42,751 nucleotides of DNA. It comes from Toensbergia leucococca (Eukaryota). The stretch spans positions 62,001-104,751 of the forward strand of contig JALDZS010000074.1 of NCBI GenBank assembly GCA_022813965.1. The letters are read 5' to 3'. Both the position numbers and the translations under genes were made by a program. This document shows, one piece after another, positions 24,934 through 38,589 of the stretch. Numbering within the stretch: position 1 is the first letter of the stretch; each line of letters begins with the position of its first letter. Under the pieces are notes generated by a model, which did not search any database, was not told where the DNA came from, and saw only the letters and a list, made by a program, of their open reading frames with translations.

Positions 24934-26052
24934 GGATATCTAGGAAGATGACAGTGCATAGCAAAGTGCAACATGATAGATGGTTGGTATTTGCGCTGGT
25001 TATCAATATTTAAGAAAGCCAATTTCTATAATAGTCACACGCGATCCATTGTGTACCACACCAGGTCGATCCATACACGCATGAGTCACGAGGATGCAGC
25101 ATGGTGAGGTGGTCGAGGCAGCTTATCAGTACGGCCTGCATGCGCCGACTGGTGGTTGCAGTCTGACACGCATGAAGGCTGCATAAATGTGCATTATCCG
25201 AACGAGGCGCATATATCCGTCCTCTTATCTCACTAGGAGCAAGAGTAAGCGGTAACAGGCTTACAACAATTTCATCATCAGTCAAGGAATGGAGAAAGGC
25301 GAAGGGTAAGAAGAAAGAAGAAAGCAGAAGAAGCTGAAGCAAAGAAGCAAAAAAGTAAAGAAGCATAGAGGCAAATAGGTATTTCAAGCCAGAACTAGCT
25401 GTTCTAAATAAATAGGACTAGCTTGGCTAAGGTATTCTACGGGCCACGTGGGGCACAATGAACAATGAACAATCCGCATATCGATATTACATTAGCCATC
25501 CCCGTTCGGTGCTACCCGATCTGATCCAATGCTTCAATTGTCTGCATTGTTTCAATATTTAAACCACCGACAAGCTGGATGGATTGATGTAACAATGGAG
25601 ATGAGGGAACCCCACCCCCTCCTCGACTACTGATGCATGTCATCAATCATCCTCGCGTCTTCCGACCAACTCAAATTCCTACCCTGCGTCGGCCGATTCA
25701 ATCGATGCATATCCTGATGCATTGTCGCCGAAGCCACTGACGCCATGGAGTTGATAAGCTGCTGCCAGCCATCCATGCCGGCGACCTGCATATTCCCAAG
25801 ATTATCAGACTTGGAAGCGTCTTCCGTGTACCTTCTTCTCTACATTCTTGAATTAACATTCAATTTGTTTTCAGCCTTCCCAAGTCTATATACTCATACT
25901 AAACCAATGGTCAAAGCATTCGGCATCCTACGGTTATGCTATCCTTTATTCCACCGTCGAGAATGATAATCCATCAGTAGTTCTATGCTGCATCACTAGC
26001 TCGAGCTTTCGTTCTTCTACCGTTGAAGAAGGCTCAATTACAGACTGTTCAG

Positions 26053-28153
26053 ATGGCGCAGATTTACAAATTGACAGACAGAGCCACCGTCGATGACTCT
26101 CCAACGCGTTTGGCAGACTCCGAATCATGGAATGCGACTGAACGCGACCAAGCCATTCTTCTGAGACTTGGTAAAAAACCCATCTTAAAGGTAGTTCCAG
26201 TTACCATTATCTGATAATTCCATATCCGTCGTTTTGATTCCCACATGGGTAGCGTAACTTTGGTTTCCTGTCAATCTTGGGCTTCAGCAGCACGACTCTA
26301 GTATGTTGGGAATCTACACTCATGTAAGGGGTTTACCATAAGCTCTTTTCTATCCTGCTAATTTTGCCAGATTGTTGGATATTGCGCTCGAGAAGTGGGT
26401 TGAGACGGACCTGACTGGTTTCATTGAACTGACCAAAGCTCTGTCAGCGGAGGACCCGCGGGTGCAGTCTATGGCTACATACTTGTTTGGATCGGAAGTC
26501 TCGCCATTTTCACTTCTTTGAGTGAACTAGCCTCGATGTGTGTTGCCACGTCTAGTGACACGCCGATTAAAACTGAGGAGCAAACAGGGCACCAACTTCA
26601 GGAGGGCAGTATCACTGGGTTTCAATGCTGGCTCCGCGCTCAGTGCACAAGTTCGCTAGCTATACCGAGGGTAAGGAACTGACTTGTGCGGTACAATGGA
26701 TATGAAACCTCATTGATTCTCACAGGCTGGCTCACTGTCATCGGCTGGCAGGCTCTTTGTGCGGGCGCAGGTTATCTATCGGCTAATCTGATCCAAGGGT
26801 TAGCCTCACTCACCCACCCCAATTATCATCCGCACCCATACCAAGTAACGCTACTTCTATGGGCTGTCATTGTTTTATCCGTTTTCATCAACGCTATAGG
26901 AGGTACATTTCTACCCAAATTTGAAGGACTGATCCTCATTCTTCACTGTCTTGGCTACTTTGCCATTCTCTTACCATTGGTCGTCCTTGGTGAACATCAA
27001 AACAGCTCTCAAGTCTTTGATGTCTTTCTGAACGGCGGTAATTGGCCTACGGAAGGTCTTTCTTTCATGATCGGGCTCACTGGGAGCATTTTCGTTTTTG
27101 TAGGTATGTACTACCTCCTTTCAGAAAGATTTACTTTCTCGCCACCTACTTCCGAGTCTGCTAACACAGCCCAACAGGCGCGGATGGCGCCATACACGTA
27201 AGTCCATCCTTGGGGTTTGCGTGATACCTGACAAACGACTTTCCTTAGATGAGCGAAGAGATTGTAAACGCGGCCGTAATTGTACCACGGTCTATTGTCT
27301 TTTCCTATACCTACAATGGCATCCTAGGGTTCGGCATCCTTCTTACGGCTCTTTTCTGTCGAGGGGACCTTGATACCGTCTTGAACCCTCCAAGCGGATA
27401 CGCGTTTATAGAAATATTTCTGCAGGCAACAGAGTCCACTACAGGAGCGGCGGTGATGACGTGCATCATTACTGTCATGCAGCTCGCTGCATCGATTTCT
27501 ATCTTGACTTCTTCCTCGAGAATGCTATGGTCGTTTGCACGTGATCATGGCGTGCCAGGATGGAGGATCTTATCCAAGGTAGGCAAGATTCTCCATCTTC
27601 ATTCTTCATGCAATATCCGCGGTTTGAAGCCCCGCAAATTAGGAATACTAAAATCGCCTAGGTCCATCAACGAAGTACAGTCCCAATTTGGTGCGTCGCC
27701 GTTACTAGCTTGATTAGCTGCCTCCTCTCCCTCATAAACCTCGGCTCTCCTACAGCATTCAACGACGTAGTCTCTATCTCTGTCGCCGGTCTTTATTCCT
27801 CTTACCTTGTCGCACTTGGCCTCCTACTCTACCGCCGCTGCACTGGCGGCATCAAGTTCTCCAACACATCTGACGATAGCCTTACGAACACTAGCGGTGC
27901 TGAACTCACGTGGGGTCCTTGGTATCTCCCCGGCGCATTTGGTATTGTGGTCAATGCTTTCGCTTGCGTGTACCTGACAACTGCCTTGTTTTTCACGTTT
28001 TGGCCGACGGAACTGCCGGTGAAGGCGGATAATATGAATTATAGTGTCCTGGTGTTGGGGACGGTGATTCTGTTTAGCACGATCCATTACATCTTCTGGG
28101 GCAAAAAGGAGTACACTGGGCCATTGGTGGAGGTTTCTCGCTCTCGTGGTTGA
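26053..28153 (+). CDS. APC-superfamily amino acid permease (GABA/choline transporter-like), multi-exon
   Basis: L.RLGKKPILKRNFGFLSILGF, GGPAGAVYG, SELASMAPTSGGQYHWVSMLAP, GWLTVIGWQ, HMSEEIVNA...VPRSI, SSRMLWSFARDHGVP, INLGSPTAFND, MNYSVLV. Confidence 0.9.
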
Positions 28154-29662
28154 GATGGGGGCTTTTGTACTAGATTTTTACGAGGATTCACTGGCCTGTA
28201 AGGATATGTTCTTCGGCGTTCACACGAACAGTGCTGTTATCAGCATCTACGGCTATTGAAAAAAAATAAAATAATGAGATCTCGAGCTTTGTGACTCTTG
28301 CACATTCTACACCCTCCTAAAAAATCACTTATCAAAAGGGTCACAACGAGTCAGCCCGAAGCCCTCCCCCGGCGCGGAAAAAGCCTCTTGCTTTAGAAAA
28401 AAAGAGTGAAAGACTACCTTTTAAAATCCCGTAGACTTGGCTCTTGAAGAGTAGCTCTCTCACAGCTTCCGTCCCTTTTTTTTTTTTTTTTTTTTTTTTT
28501 TCCCAATCGCATGGATGAAAACTTTGCGCATCCAACACTTTTCCGATCCGAAATCCGACCACACATCCCCCGCCTGCCTCTCAAATGTGGGGTTTTTTTT
28601 TCCGCAACAAAGAAGACTAAATGTGGTTTCTGCCTTTTTACTTTTCTTTTGTGGGTTATTGGTTTTTTTGGTTTTTGGCTTTGATTTGATTTGATTAGGG
28701 AATTGTGCAGGATGTGGGATGTGGGATGGGGGTAGAATTATAATTGAAGTGAGGTTATTTATTCTATGAAATATTGGATATGCATTAAATATCCATCTAT
28801 TCCTTGCCCCCCCCTTCCCTAAAAAAGCCCTTCCCATACCTATTTCTGTGAGTGAGTCTCTATTAAATATGAGGTGCTTTGTTGAATTATCTACCACCTC
28901 CTCTATAAATTAAATGTAGCAACTCAATTTCTTGATCACCTTTCTATACAATCACCCCACAAGAATTGATACACTAGTTCTTGCACTTATCTCTCTTTTT
29001 CTCATTTCATTGATGGTTAGTTCAGTTCAGCCAGCTAGCTCTGAACAGACCCCTGAGTGATGGTGTTCATGTAATGTGAACAAGGAATGATTTTCAGCCC
29101 TTTTTTGGAACGTTGGGGTTGTAGATTGTGCACATTTTTTTATTTTGCAACATGGGGTTTTTTTCTGTTGTGGTTCGTTTTTTTTGGCATTTTTGTTTTC
29201 TTTTCTTTTCTGGTGAGGAGGGCGGGGCTTTTTTTTTGCGAGGAGGGGGGGGATTGATGGTGTGGGGGTGAGGGGGTTTTGTTTCAAGAGGCAGGGGTGT
29301 AATTTTTTTTTGTATTGTTTTTGGTGTGAATTCATGGTGGGATGAGAGATGGGGGATGGGAGCTTGGGAGATAATGAGGGATCAAGGGCTGGAGCTGGGA
29401 TTGTTTGGATGGATGGATATGTGTGTAAGATTCAAGTGAAAGAGATCCGAATTCCGAGTCAGAAAATTGTCATGCATTATCTCCGGGTGGAGGAACTGGT
29501 AAGATCAACGGTATTTGTATATGTATATCCAACTAAGATCGAGAGCTTATAAACGCGCCAATCTTCCCCCCCCCCCCAATTTTCCTTCCCACTCCCGTCT
29601 ACTTCATATAAACCCGGGTTTTTTCCCTTTTTTTGCTGGAGAACACACAGAAAACGCCGCTG

Positions 29663-32600
29663 TTACAAAACGACCGGTCGAGACCGAAACGGCACAAAAG
29701 CTTGGCTCCCACTAGCACCGGATGACCCGCGCGGATGAAAAAAGCTCTTGCTCGACCGCAGTGCCTGGATCATATCTGCATCGTCCGCCGCCTTGGCCAT
29801 CTGCAGTGCCGTCAGCCCTTCCTCGTTGTGGGCTGTCACGTCCGCTTTGTGCTGAAGCAGGATGTTGACCACGTTGACGTTGCCCAGCTCTACGGCTGCG
29901 AAGAAGAGTTTCTGGATGTCGAGTTCGGGGGCGGATAAGACGGCGGCGTTATTGTTGGGGGCTTCGATCAGGGCCATGGCGACGTGGAAGTGTTTGTTCG
30001 ATTGGGCGATATAAAGCGGGGTGGTGCTCCATCTGTCTGGGAGGTTGGGGTCGGCGTTGTGGAGGAGGAGTTGAGAGGTTGCGGGCAGGTTTCCGTATAC
30101 GGCTGCTAGGTGCAACGGCGTGCGGAGGTGACGGTTCTTGTGGTTTGGAGGGGAAGGGTCGCTTTGCAGAAGAAGCTCTAGGATGTCGATGTGGCCGGCA
30201 CGGACTGCCCAGTGGAATGCGGTGTTTTGGGTGCCGGGCTCTGTTTCGGAGATATCGCTTTTCCCTGTCGTGATTGTCTTTTGGATGAGGGATGAGAGGC
30301 CTAGTTTTGCGAGGGACCACACGGGTAAATCTTCATCTTCGGGTATTTGCGTGGGTCTGCGCTGTGCGATTTCGTCCTCGATTTGGAGGATACTCATGAT
30401 GTTTTTGTTTCCGTACTGCCACGCCACTTTGAGAGGAGTCCTTTCGAACTTATCTTTGATGGTGGGATCTGCGCCTAGTTCGAGTAGAACTTCGGTCACT
30501 TTTTCTTGATTATTACGACTGGCCTCGTGTAAGGGGGTCATTCCGTTACTGTCTTTGGAATTGAGGTTGAGACCATGTTGTTCTAGGAGGCGAATGATCT
30601 TTGGCCATCCATTTGCACTGGCACCGTGGACAAGGCCTCGGCCGTCTTCGTCCACGGATCCAAGGTCTACATTGTAGCTTAGCATGAGCTCGATCGCCGC
30701 GAGGGACCCTGATTCAGCTGCGCGCAACATAGCGGTGCCTTCGCTCTGGCGATCCTTCAGATTTGGATTTGCTTTGTTTTGTAGTAGCAGATTTATGATT
30801 TCGCAATTATCTCTCTCTGCCGCCAGAATCAACGGGGATCGCCCGGTCCAGTTCTCGACAAGATCGACGTCAATGCCCGGCTTTTGCACTAGCCATTCGA
30901 CGATATTGGAAAGGTCTTTGACTGTGGCGAGAAAGAGAGCCGTGCACCCATAGGTGTCCTGTTGGTTTATCTTTATCTTAGGGTGATCTAACAAAAGGGT
31001 AACGATACTAGTACGTTCTAGGCGGGCTGCAAGCATGAGGCCAGTACGATTGCTCTCTTTGATCTGGACTGCGTTGATTTCAAGTTCGTCTCTTGATAGA
31101 AGAAGCTCAACAACCTCGTCACGATTCTCTGCAATGGCCTCAAACAGTGCGGTCCGTCCTCGTCCACTGACCTTATTGACAGATGCACCGAGTTTCAACA
31201 ATTCGCGCACAACTTCAACATGCCCTTTTCGGCAGGCGTACATCAGAGGAGTCTGCCCGTGTGTTGTTTCCTCGACATCGACCTCGAGATCCTCTTGATC
31301 GAGGGCTGGAATCACAGTAGACATTCCAAACCACGCACATACGTGAAGACCTTCAATACCCTTGCGAACATCCCAACTCACGGCTGATCCCCTGTCAGTA
31401 TACCATGCTGCCTGGATAAAGGCTGCAACACGACGAGAATCTTCAATTAGCCGCGCAGCTGTGTCCTGAAGATCGGAGTCAGAACCTGCATCACGGACAT
31501 GATCTCCCCAGTATTGTGAGGCATATGCGACGAAAGGATATTTTTCTCTCTTGGCTTCAAATTCTTCATCGTCTTGACACGGCTTGGAGAAGGCTTCAAA
31601 ATTCAGGTATGTCATACATGCATTGGCCATTTCTAGCTCTACATCAGGAAACCATCTTTTTCGGGCATCGGGTCGATCAAGATATTCTTGCAAGGTGAAG
31701 TGGACCGGCCGGACGGCATTCTTGTCGCTGTCGATGGTGATTAGTCCAAAGGTACTAGACAGGATATCTTCCTTGTCATATTCTTTGTACGGGTCGAAAT
31801 CAGTGTCTTCTGATTCGATTGTCAAAACGTGTTGCAGCTCCGCAAAACTGAGAGCCCGATGGGCACAGACTATTCGAGAAAGGGTCATAAGCCCAAGAGC
31901 TCCGGCATCAGCATTCTTCTGGTCTTTAATCCGCTGGATGGCTTCGTCGTAGAGGTCATTGATATCGTCGGGGAAATGGTCTAGCGTCTCTTGAATCTGC
32001 CGCAGATTCTTTTTCGATTTTAAAGAGTCCATATAAAGTTTTGCATAGAGCATTCTACCATCAGCTTTCTCAACGATGACAGATGGAACTCGATTCAGGA
32101 GGCCGGGATCTTTGAGGAGCTTTCTTGCAAAAGTAGTCGAATCAGGCTGGCTAGAGTACCTTCGTTCATCCCATACTTCTGATCCGCATTCTCCAACTTC
32201 TTTACTAATATTCCATTTCACATAGCCTTCTATTTCCTCATCAGGCGTGCGTATCTCGAGCTCAACCATATTGTAGGGCTCCGTCGGCTTATGGCCTTTG
32301 TCTGTGCATGGATTCGGTCTTATACTACAGGGAAGACACATGTCCCAGCCATCAGGATCACAGATGGTACAACGAACATAGACTCTGATATTTTTATGAT
32401 CTGGGTTGTTGTCGCAATTGACCTCGTCCGCGCGTAACTCGTCATCCAACCGTCTTGATGTTGCGAGCAGGCTCAGGTTCTCCGGCCGAACCTTGCGAAG
32501 CTCAGTTATTAATTGTTGTCGAAAATAGCACTCATCCAATGCATCTACTACCAGATAGACTCTCTCATAACTTTCCACTTCGGCCCGTAGTAATTTACGA

Positions 32601-33670
32601 ACCTCTTCAAGTCTTGGCTCTGCCTTGATTCTCTTTGCTTTCTCATAGGACTCTTTCAATTCCGCGGACACGGAACTAGATCTCCTTACTTGGAGTAATT
32701 GTTTGAGTAAGCTACCATAAAGATTATCTTTCGTTTGCTTCATTGAATCTTTATAGTCAAGATATAGACAGATAACGGCTACGTTTTTGTGCTTGAATCT
32801 CTCCTGGAGGTGATTTATCATGATAGAGGAGAGTATTGTCTAAGCGCAGTATCAGAGTCTAGACGAATGGACATGATTTATACAACGTACCTTTCCAGAC
32901 CCAGCCTGACCGTAACATCGGAGATGCCAGGGCTGGCCAATGATCCAGTGCTTGAAAGCCACGTCATCCAGTAGCCATTGACCAGTCTTGAAGGAGTTGT
33001 CGTAAAACTTTTCTTGTTTTGCAAGGAATTCAAGAGGCGATAGCCATTGCTCGATTGCTGCTCTTTCTTCTTCTTCCTCTTTCCTCCGCACTTTATCTTG
33101 TTCATCAAATTTTGATGTTTTCAAGAATTGGAACATGTCAGTGACTTCGGCTCTGGTAGCTGTGCTATCTTCTTTGATCGACCTGGAGAGCTCAAATTCA
33201 TCCTGGTCTAATATCGAATCAATCTCGCCACGAGACTTTGCAATATCCTTGAGCATTTCTTCAAACCTGTCTTTATCCCAATGGTAGGCAAGTCTCTGAC
33301 GAGCTTTCTTCAACTTAGAAGGTGGAGTAGATGGATTCAGTTCGAGTAGCATTTTTGCCATGGTCTTATACAGCTGTGCCAATGCTCCCGCTGGTTTAGT
33401 ACCTTGATTGGCAACGAATTCGCCGTCTTTTGTGAGGCGTCCACTTGTTCTCACCAATTCCAGCAGGCCTTTATACCAAGGTATACCAGCTTGAGCATCT
33501 TTACAACGATCATCTAACCTTTCGACAATGTACTGTAGGCTTTGTAGGCCTTCGAACAATCTTTCACGCTCTTCTTTGGCTTTGATTACATCGTAGGCGT
33601 ACTTGGTGATCTTTTCAGCACAATCAATCAGAGCGACAATTGAAGAGGCGACACCAAGAACTTCCGCCAT
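29663..33670 (-). CDS. Fungal NLR-like protein: HeLo-like/SesA-type N-terminal domain, NACHT NTPase, ankyrin repeats
   Basis: N-terminus MAEVLGVASSIVALIDCAEKITKY; WLSPLEF, TGQWLL, Walker A GQAGSGK|T across intron 32840-32890, Walker B YLVVDALDEC, LLATSR, winged-helix GLITID...VRPVHFTLQEYL, YASQYWGDH; more than 10 ankyrin repeats (GQTPLMYAC, GRTALFEA, GMTPLHEA, RTPLHLAA). Confidence 0.92.
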
Positions 33671-35193
33671 GACTGTAAATGAGAAAATGATATTTTACTG
33701 CAAGGGTGGTCTTGAAATGCCGTTATCCGGGCGAATGCTGAACAGGGAAAACAGTGCTGAAAGAAAGTATGGTGGCAACAGGGGATGAAGTGAGCTTCCT
33801 TGATGGAAGACAGCTACAATGACAAAGGCAACAAAGCAAAGTCGGACAAGCGATAGGAAATCGAGATGAGTAAGAGGTTAGTGATAAGCTGACTCGTTGA
33901 TGAAGAGACAAAATGAGGCACACGAAGGCAAGCGACAACGAGGTAGTGGCTTCAACGATTAGGCACTCTGAAGGACTCGACTTGTACAAAGTGCTATTTA
34001 GCTAATAAGGCCATGTGCCCCACGTGTTTCTTGCCTTGGTAAGGATGCTCTTGTTTGTGTGGCACCGAGCATGGTCAGCGTATCAGGTGGTGCATAAAGT
34101 AAGGTAATAGGTAGGTACCGAATGCAAACATACAAATACCTTTAGCCATTTAATGTGTTGGTGTTTCGGACGTCTGAGCTAGTGTTGGGGGCATTTAAAT
34201 GCATGATGTACCGAGTATTGACGATATTCAGCCAATGGCAAGGCAACGTTAAGTACTAGAGTATTTCTTCAAGACCTGCCTCACAATTACAATCATGTTG
34301 ATACCCTACCTGTATCGGTCGTCACCAAGGTTAGGTATATTACTCCGTACATGTACTCGGTAAAGTAAGGTACTTTGGATTACAATACGGATTGTGGGCT
34401 AACCAGGGAAAGGTCATCTTCCCGCCACTCCCGCTTCCCAGTTCCCATGCATGGGACGTGCAGATTCCTCATCTCCACCGGCACGCTAAAGCTAGGGCAA
34501 AATGTTTAATTTATTGGCCAGGAATTAGGTAAGGTAGGTACTACCTACTTTATTTCTCTTGCGAACACTTTGATCATCATTAGCTGCAGTCACTTTTGGG
34601 GTTTTTCACGTCCTTCGGCCAGGCTCTAAATTCCTTAAGGCTATGGTCATTTTTTCATTCCGGCAAATAGCACCTACTCATTACAAAGTGTCAGACCCGG
34701 ATGAATTATACAGAGGTCGAGGGGTGTAAGATAAAAATAAGCCGGAGTCAGGATTTCCCCGGTTCAAAAAGATTACATTAAGAGAGCCAATCGATCCAAT
34801 CCTTTCGTTTCATTAGCCCCCACAATATACCACTAGTGGTACCAGAATAGGGTCAATGTGCTGAGCACGCCCTCTGAGGCTGAAGAAGAGAGATTTCAGG
34901 CACAGCACCGACTGACAGCAGTCCTTGAGTGGTGGCAGCGTGGCATTGCTACCAATAAGATGACCTGAATCCCTGCCATATTCAAATCAAGGGACCGCAG
35001 CTATGAGCTAATAACTTATCGAGTCACGCTTACGGATCATCGACCATGTCTCTCCTTCGACTCTTTAACGTCCATCCATCTTCTTCTTCATCTCGTCGAC
35101 GTGCTTGTGGTCGATTTATTCAGTCCTTTCAGCTTTCGTTCAGCTTAAATCCTCTCTTTGCTTCCCTTGACTATATATTCGCCTTATGTTGTG

Positions 35194-38091
35194 ATGCTTC
35201 TAACAAGTCTTACCATTTTTGCCTTCTTCGGTACCTCTCTGGCAGCCCCATGGCCAGATACTAATACTGCTTCGTCAACATCCACAGCGCCTGCCCTCCA
35301 GCCAACAATATGCGGTGACATTGTGAATTCCGGAGGCATGTCTTACCTCTCCCTGTTGTCAAGTCACGCAACTAACGACTTTAAAGACGTGATATTCACC
35401 GCCAAAGATGCCTATGACTGTCTTACCAGCGTGCCTTTTGTCCCTGCTGTCGCCACTCGATTTCTCAAATACATTAATGATACCATACAATTTCAGAGCA
35501 CCTTAGCCTATTTAAAGAACCCACCAGCGAGCTATCAACAACCTTCAATAGATTTTCTCAAAGGCCTGGATCAAATTCAGCAAAACATAGATAATGGACA
35601 ATTTGCCAACGAATATGTTTTCGAGGCCACTCTACAGAATTTGATTTATTCAACCCATGACGCACATGTCACTTTGTCTGCAGGAATCCTCGCTGTCTTT
35701 ACTTTTGCAAGTCCATATGGAATTGTGTCTGTGTCCGAGGATGGATTGCAAACGCCCAAGGTTTACATCTCAGGTATTGCTCTACCCTCTTTTCCTTCTG
35801 CAGCCGAACTGACAGGAGATAGACGATCTTGTCGAAGCACAATATAACAATGTTAGCTGGCATCCATCCGCAATAACAATGATCAATGGCCAAGATGTCA
35901 CGGATTATCTTACACAATTCGCTGCGTTGAATGCTATTGGTGGCTTGGAGCCTAATGCTGATTGGAACCAACTGATGTCGAGTCCGGCTCTCGATATTCA
36001 AAACCTATACAGTATCTTTGAGGGGTTGATTACCTTCTACCCCGGCGAGAATATTGCTTTTACCTTTGAGAACGGTACATCGCTTGATCCTGAGCCGTGG
36101 CTTGCAATTTACAACAGCCAGGGGGACACTGGGCCGCTTTCTACTGGCGGTGACTTTTACAATTTCTTTGTTTTAGGCCTTTACCCTGCTTCATATAATT
36201 CTTCGGCCACTTCTGCTGCCGCTACGTCTGGTGCTACCGCCGCTGCAACTTCTGCTGCAGCCTCATCTGCTCCTGCGGCCGCGTCGAGTTCTGCGTCTAC
36301 GCCTACTTCATGGGACAATTCTGCCTACCCAACGAACCCTGCCGTTGTGCAGCCTGATTTTGGAGCCACTGGTGTTCTCAGTGGATATTTTCTTCACGAT
36401 ATATCCGTAGCAGTACTCAGCATTCCGAGTTTTCAGTCGCCGGACGTCGAATCGTTTTCAGACACAATTGGGAATTTCATTAAGCAGAGTAAGGATGCTG
36501 GCTTGCAAAAGGTCCTCATCGATTTACAACAGAATGGAGGCGGGGATACTTTTTTGGCAATAGATGCATTCAAACAAGTGAGCTTTCACTAGACTTTTTG
36601 CGATTCCCAAATGCTCATGCTTGCTCTAGTTTTTCCCGACCCTTGATCCCTTTGGTGGAAGCAGACTGCGAGCCCATGCCACAGCAGATGTGCTTGGTAA
36701 TACATTCACTAACTACTATACTCCGTCTTTGAACGAGTCGTACTACGATGATCTCACTGTCAGCGACTGGGTGGCTACAGACCTGATCGATGCGAGTACC
36801 GGCCAGAATTTTACTTCATGGGGGGAATTGTACGGTCCTAAATTGTACAACGGAGATTATTTTACCACAGTTGTACGTTTTCCCAGTTGATCATCTCTAG
36901 TTCTCTCCGCTAATACAAGATCCCTAGCAACAATATAATTTATCCAGCTTCATCTATGACGAGGTGGCATCAGGAGGAATCGTGGTTTACGGATACAATG
37001 ATCGACCTGCGACATCGCCTCAGCCGTACGCAGCCGAAGATATTGTAATTGTAAGTAGTTCTTAACATGTATCGCAAAAGCAATTCCCCTAATTTGCATA
37101 GCTGTCCGACGGTCTATGCTCCTCGGCATGTGCCCTGTTCATGGAAATGATGCATCATGAAGGCGGCGTTTCCACCGTCGCTGTCGGCGGCCGCCCAAGT
37201 GACGGTCCCATGCAAGCTCCCAGTGGAAGTCGCGGCGCTCAATACTATAACTTTGAGGACCTAGATAGTGACATTGCCTTTGCAATCGAGATCAATGCCA
37301 CCGCCGGGTCCTATCTCCCGGACCGCTCCGAAGACGTGTACATCACCTACGCAGGCTTCAACATCAGGGATCAGATACGTAAAGACGGCACTACTCCTCT
37401 TCAATTCGTCTACGAAGCCGCCACGTGCCGTATCTTCTACACCCCTCAGACCATCTACAACTTCTCCAATCTCTGGACCTACGCCGCAAATGCAACCTGG
37501 ACCACCCCATCTCTCTGCGTCCAAGGCTCCACCGGCTACGCCACCACCGGTACCTCGACTGACACCACTGGCCCCCCAGACGGAAGCACCAGTCTCAATG
37601 GCGATATCTCTCACAACATGACTGGTGTTCTTGCTCTTAGCGGCGTGCAGGATGATTTCCGCGCCGAATTTTCCGGCCAAGAACTTGACACAGTAGTCCG
37701 CCTCATCTCCAAAATTGGCTCCTTGTGCGGGAAGTCCTCCTCCACCAATGCTGGCTGTAGCGGTGGCGGCACTTTCTGCCATCACGTCACCTCCTGTGGT
37801 AAAAGCTCCCATCAGTGCGTCCGTGCCTGCAATCCGTATAACCAAGTCTGCGGTAATCAATGCCATTACCCGCCCAACTCGTTCATAGAGCTCAAGGGGC
37901 ACGGTGCGCCCAAGAAGGTTGCGAGTGGGTTTTGCCCGCCGCAGGCGACTTGCTCGAGCGAGAAGGTAGTTGGCCCCGATACGCCTGGGCTACCGCCGCA
38001 TATACAGGATGATGGGGCGCCGAACACGAGGGGGGAGTATATAGCGAGGGGCACACCGGGGGATTTCGTGATGGCGGGATTGGCGGAGTAA
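35194..38091 (+). CDS. Secreted S41-family (tail-specific/CPAF-like) peptidase, multi-exon
   Basis: Signal peptide MLLTSLTIFAFFGTSLA; AYDCLTSVPF, QFQSTLAYLKNPP, HDAHV, VAVLSIPSF, VLIDLQQNGGG, catalytic-type LSDGLCSSACALFMEM, VGGRP..GPMQA, PLQFVYEAATCRIFYT. Confidence 0.85.
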
Positions 38092-38589
38092 TGGGGGCTT
38101 GGGGGGGTTGAGTTTGGTCTGGAAAGAGACTTGATTTCAGCGTGGCTCCGTGTTGTCTTGCATAGCTTCTTGATGGGCCCATTTGTATAACCCCTTTTTT
38201 TTTTGATAAAAGTATCTCAATACCCCCATAGACGCGAGCTGGAATAAAAAGAATGTTATTGGCCTGCAACTGATAGTCTCGGTGGGCAGTATTGAATTTT
38301 GAACAAAGGCATCAGCATAAGCAATCAAATGAGTTTTTTCAAGTTTTCAATTTAGAGGAGAAGGATTGTCATGTAGACTGTGTTGTTTTTTCTGAATTTA
38401 TAAAATTGTAACATTGTCCTTTGTAAACAGTCATTAAATTGTGAGTCATGACACATTTTTTTTTCTGTGTGAGCTGTTCAGAATTTGTTGAGATGATAAA
38501 TTGCAGATGAGCTTGATGTTTCTTCTTTTGTTTCTGTGAGATGTTTTTTTTTTGTATTTTGATTTGACATTTTGTAAGTTTTTTGAATT

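Noticed and set aside
25290..25385. Purine-rich AAG/AAGC tract resembling a lysine-rich transposase tail
   Set aside because: Low complexity only; no transposase motif or termini found.
34095..34550. Recurrent TAGGTAGGTA/AAGGTAGG motifs (also near 6511 and 23128)
   Set aside because: Short simple motif common in ascomycete intergenic DNA; no structure supporting a distinct element.
33670..35194. NLR and S41 peptidase are divergently transcribed, suggesting an NLR-protease immune module
   Set aside because: The peptidase has a signal peptide, the known fungal NLR-linked proteases are cytosolic S8/CHAT types, and I see no gasdermin or amyloid-motif gene nearby.
37261..37902. 213-aa minus-strand ORF
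   Set aside because: Antisense shadow of the GC-rich S41 coding exon.
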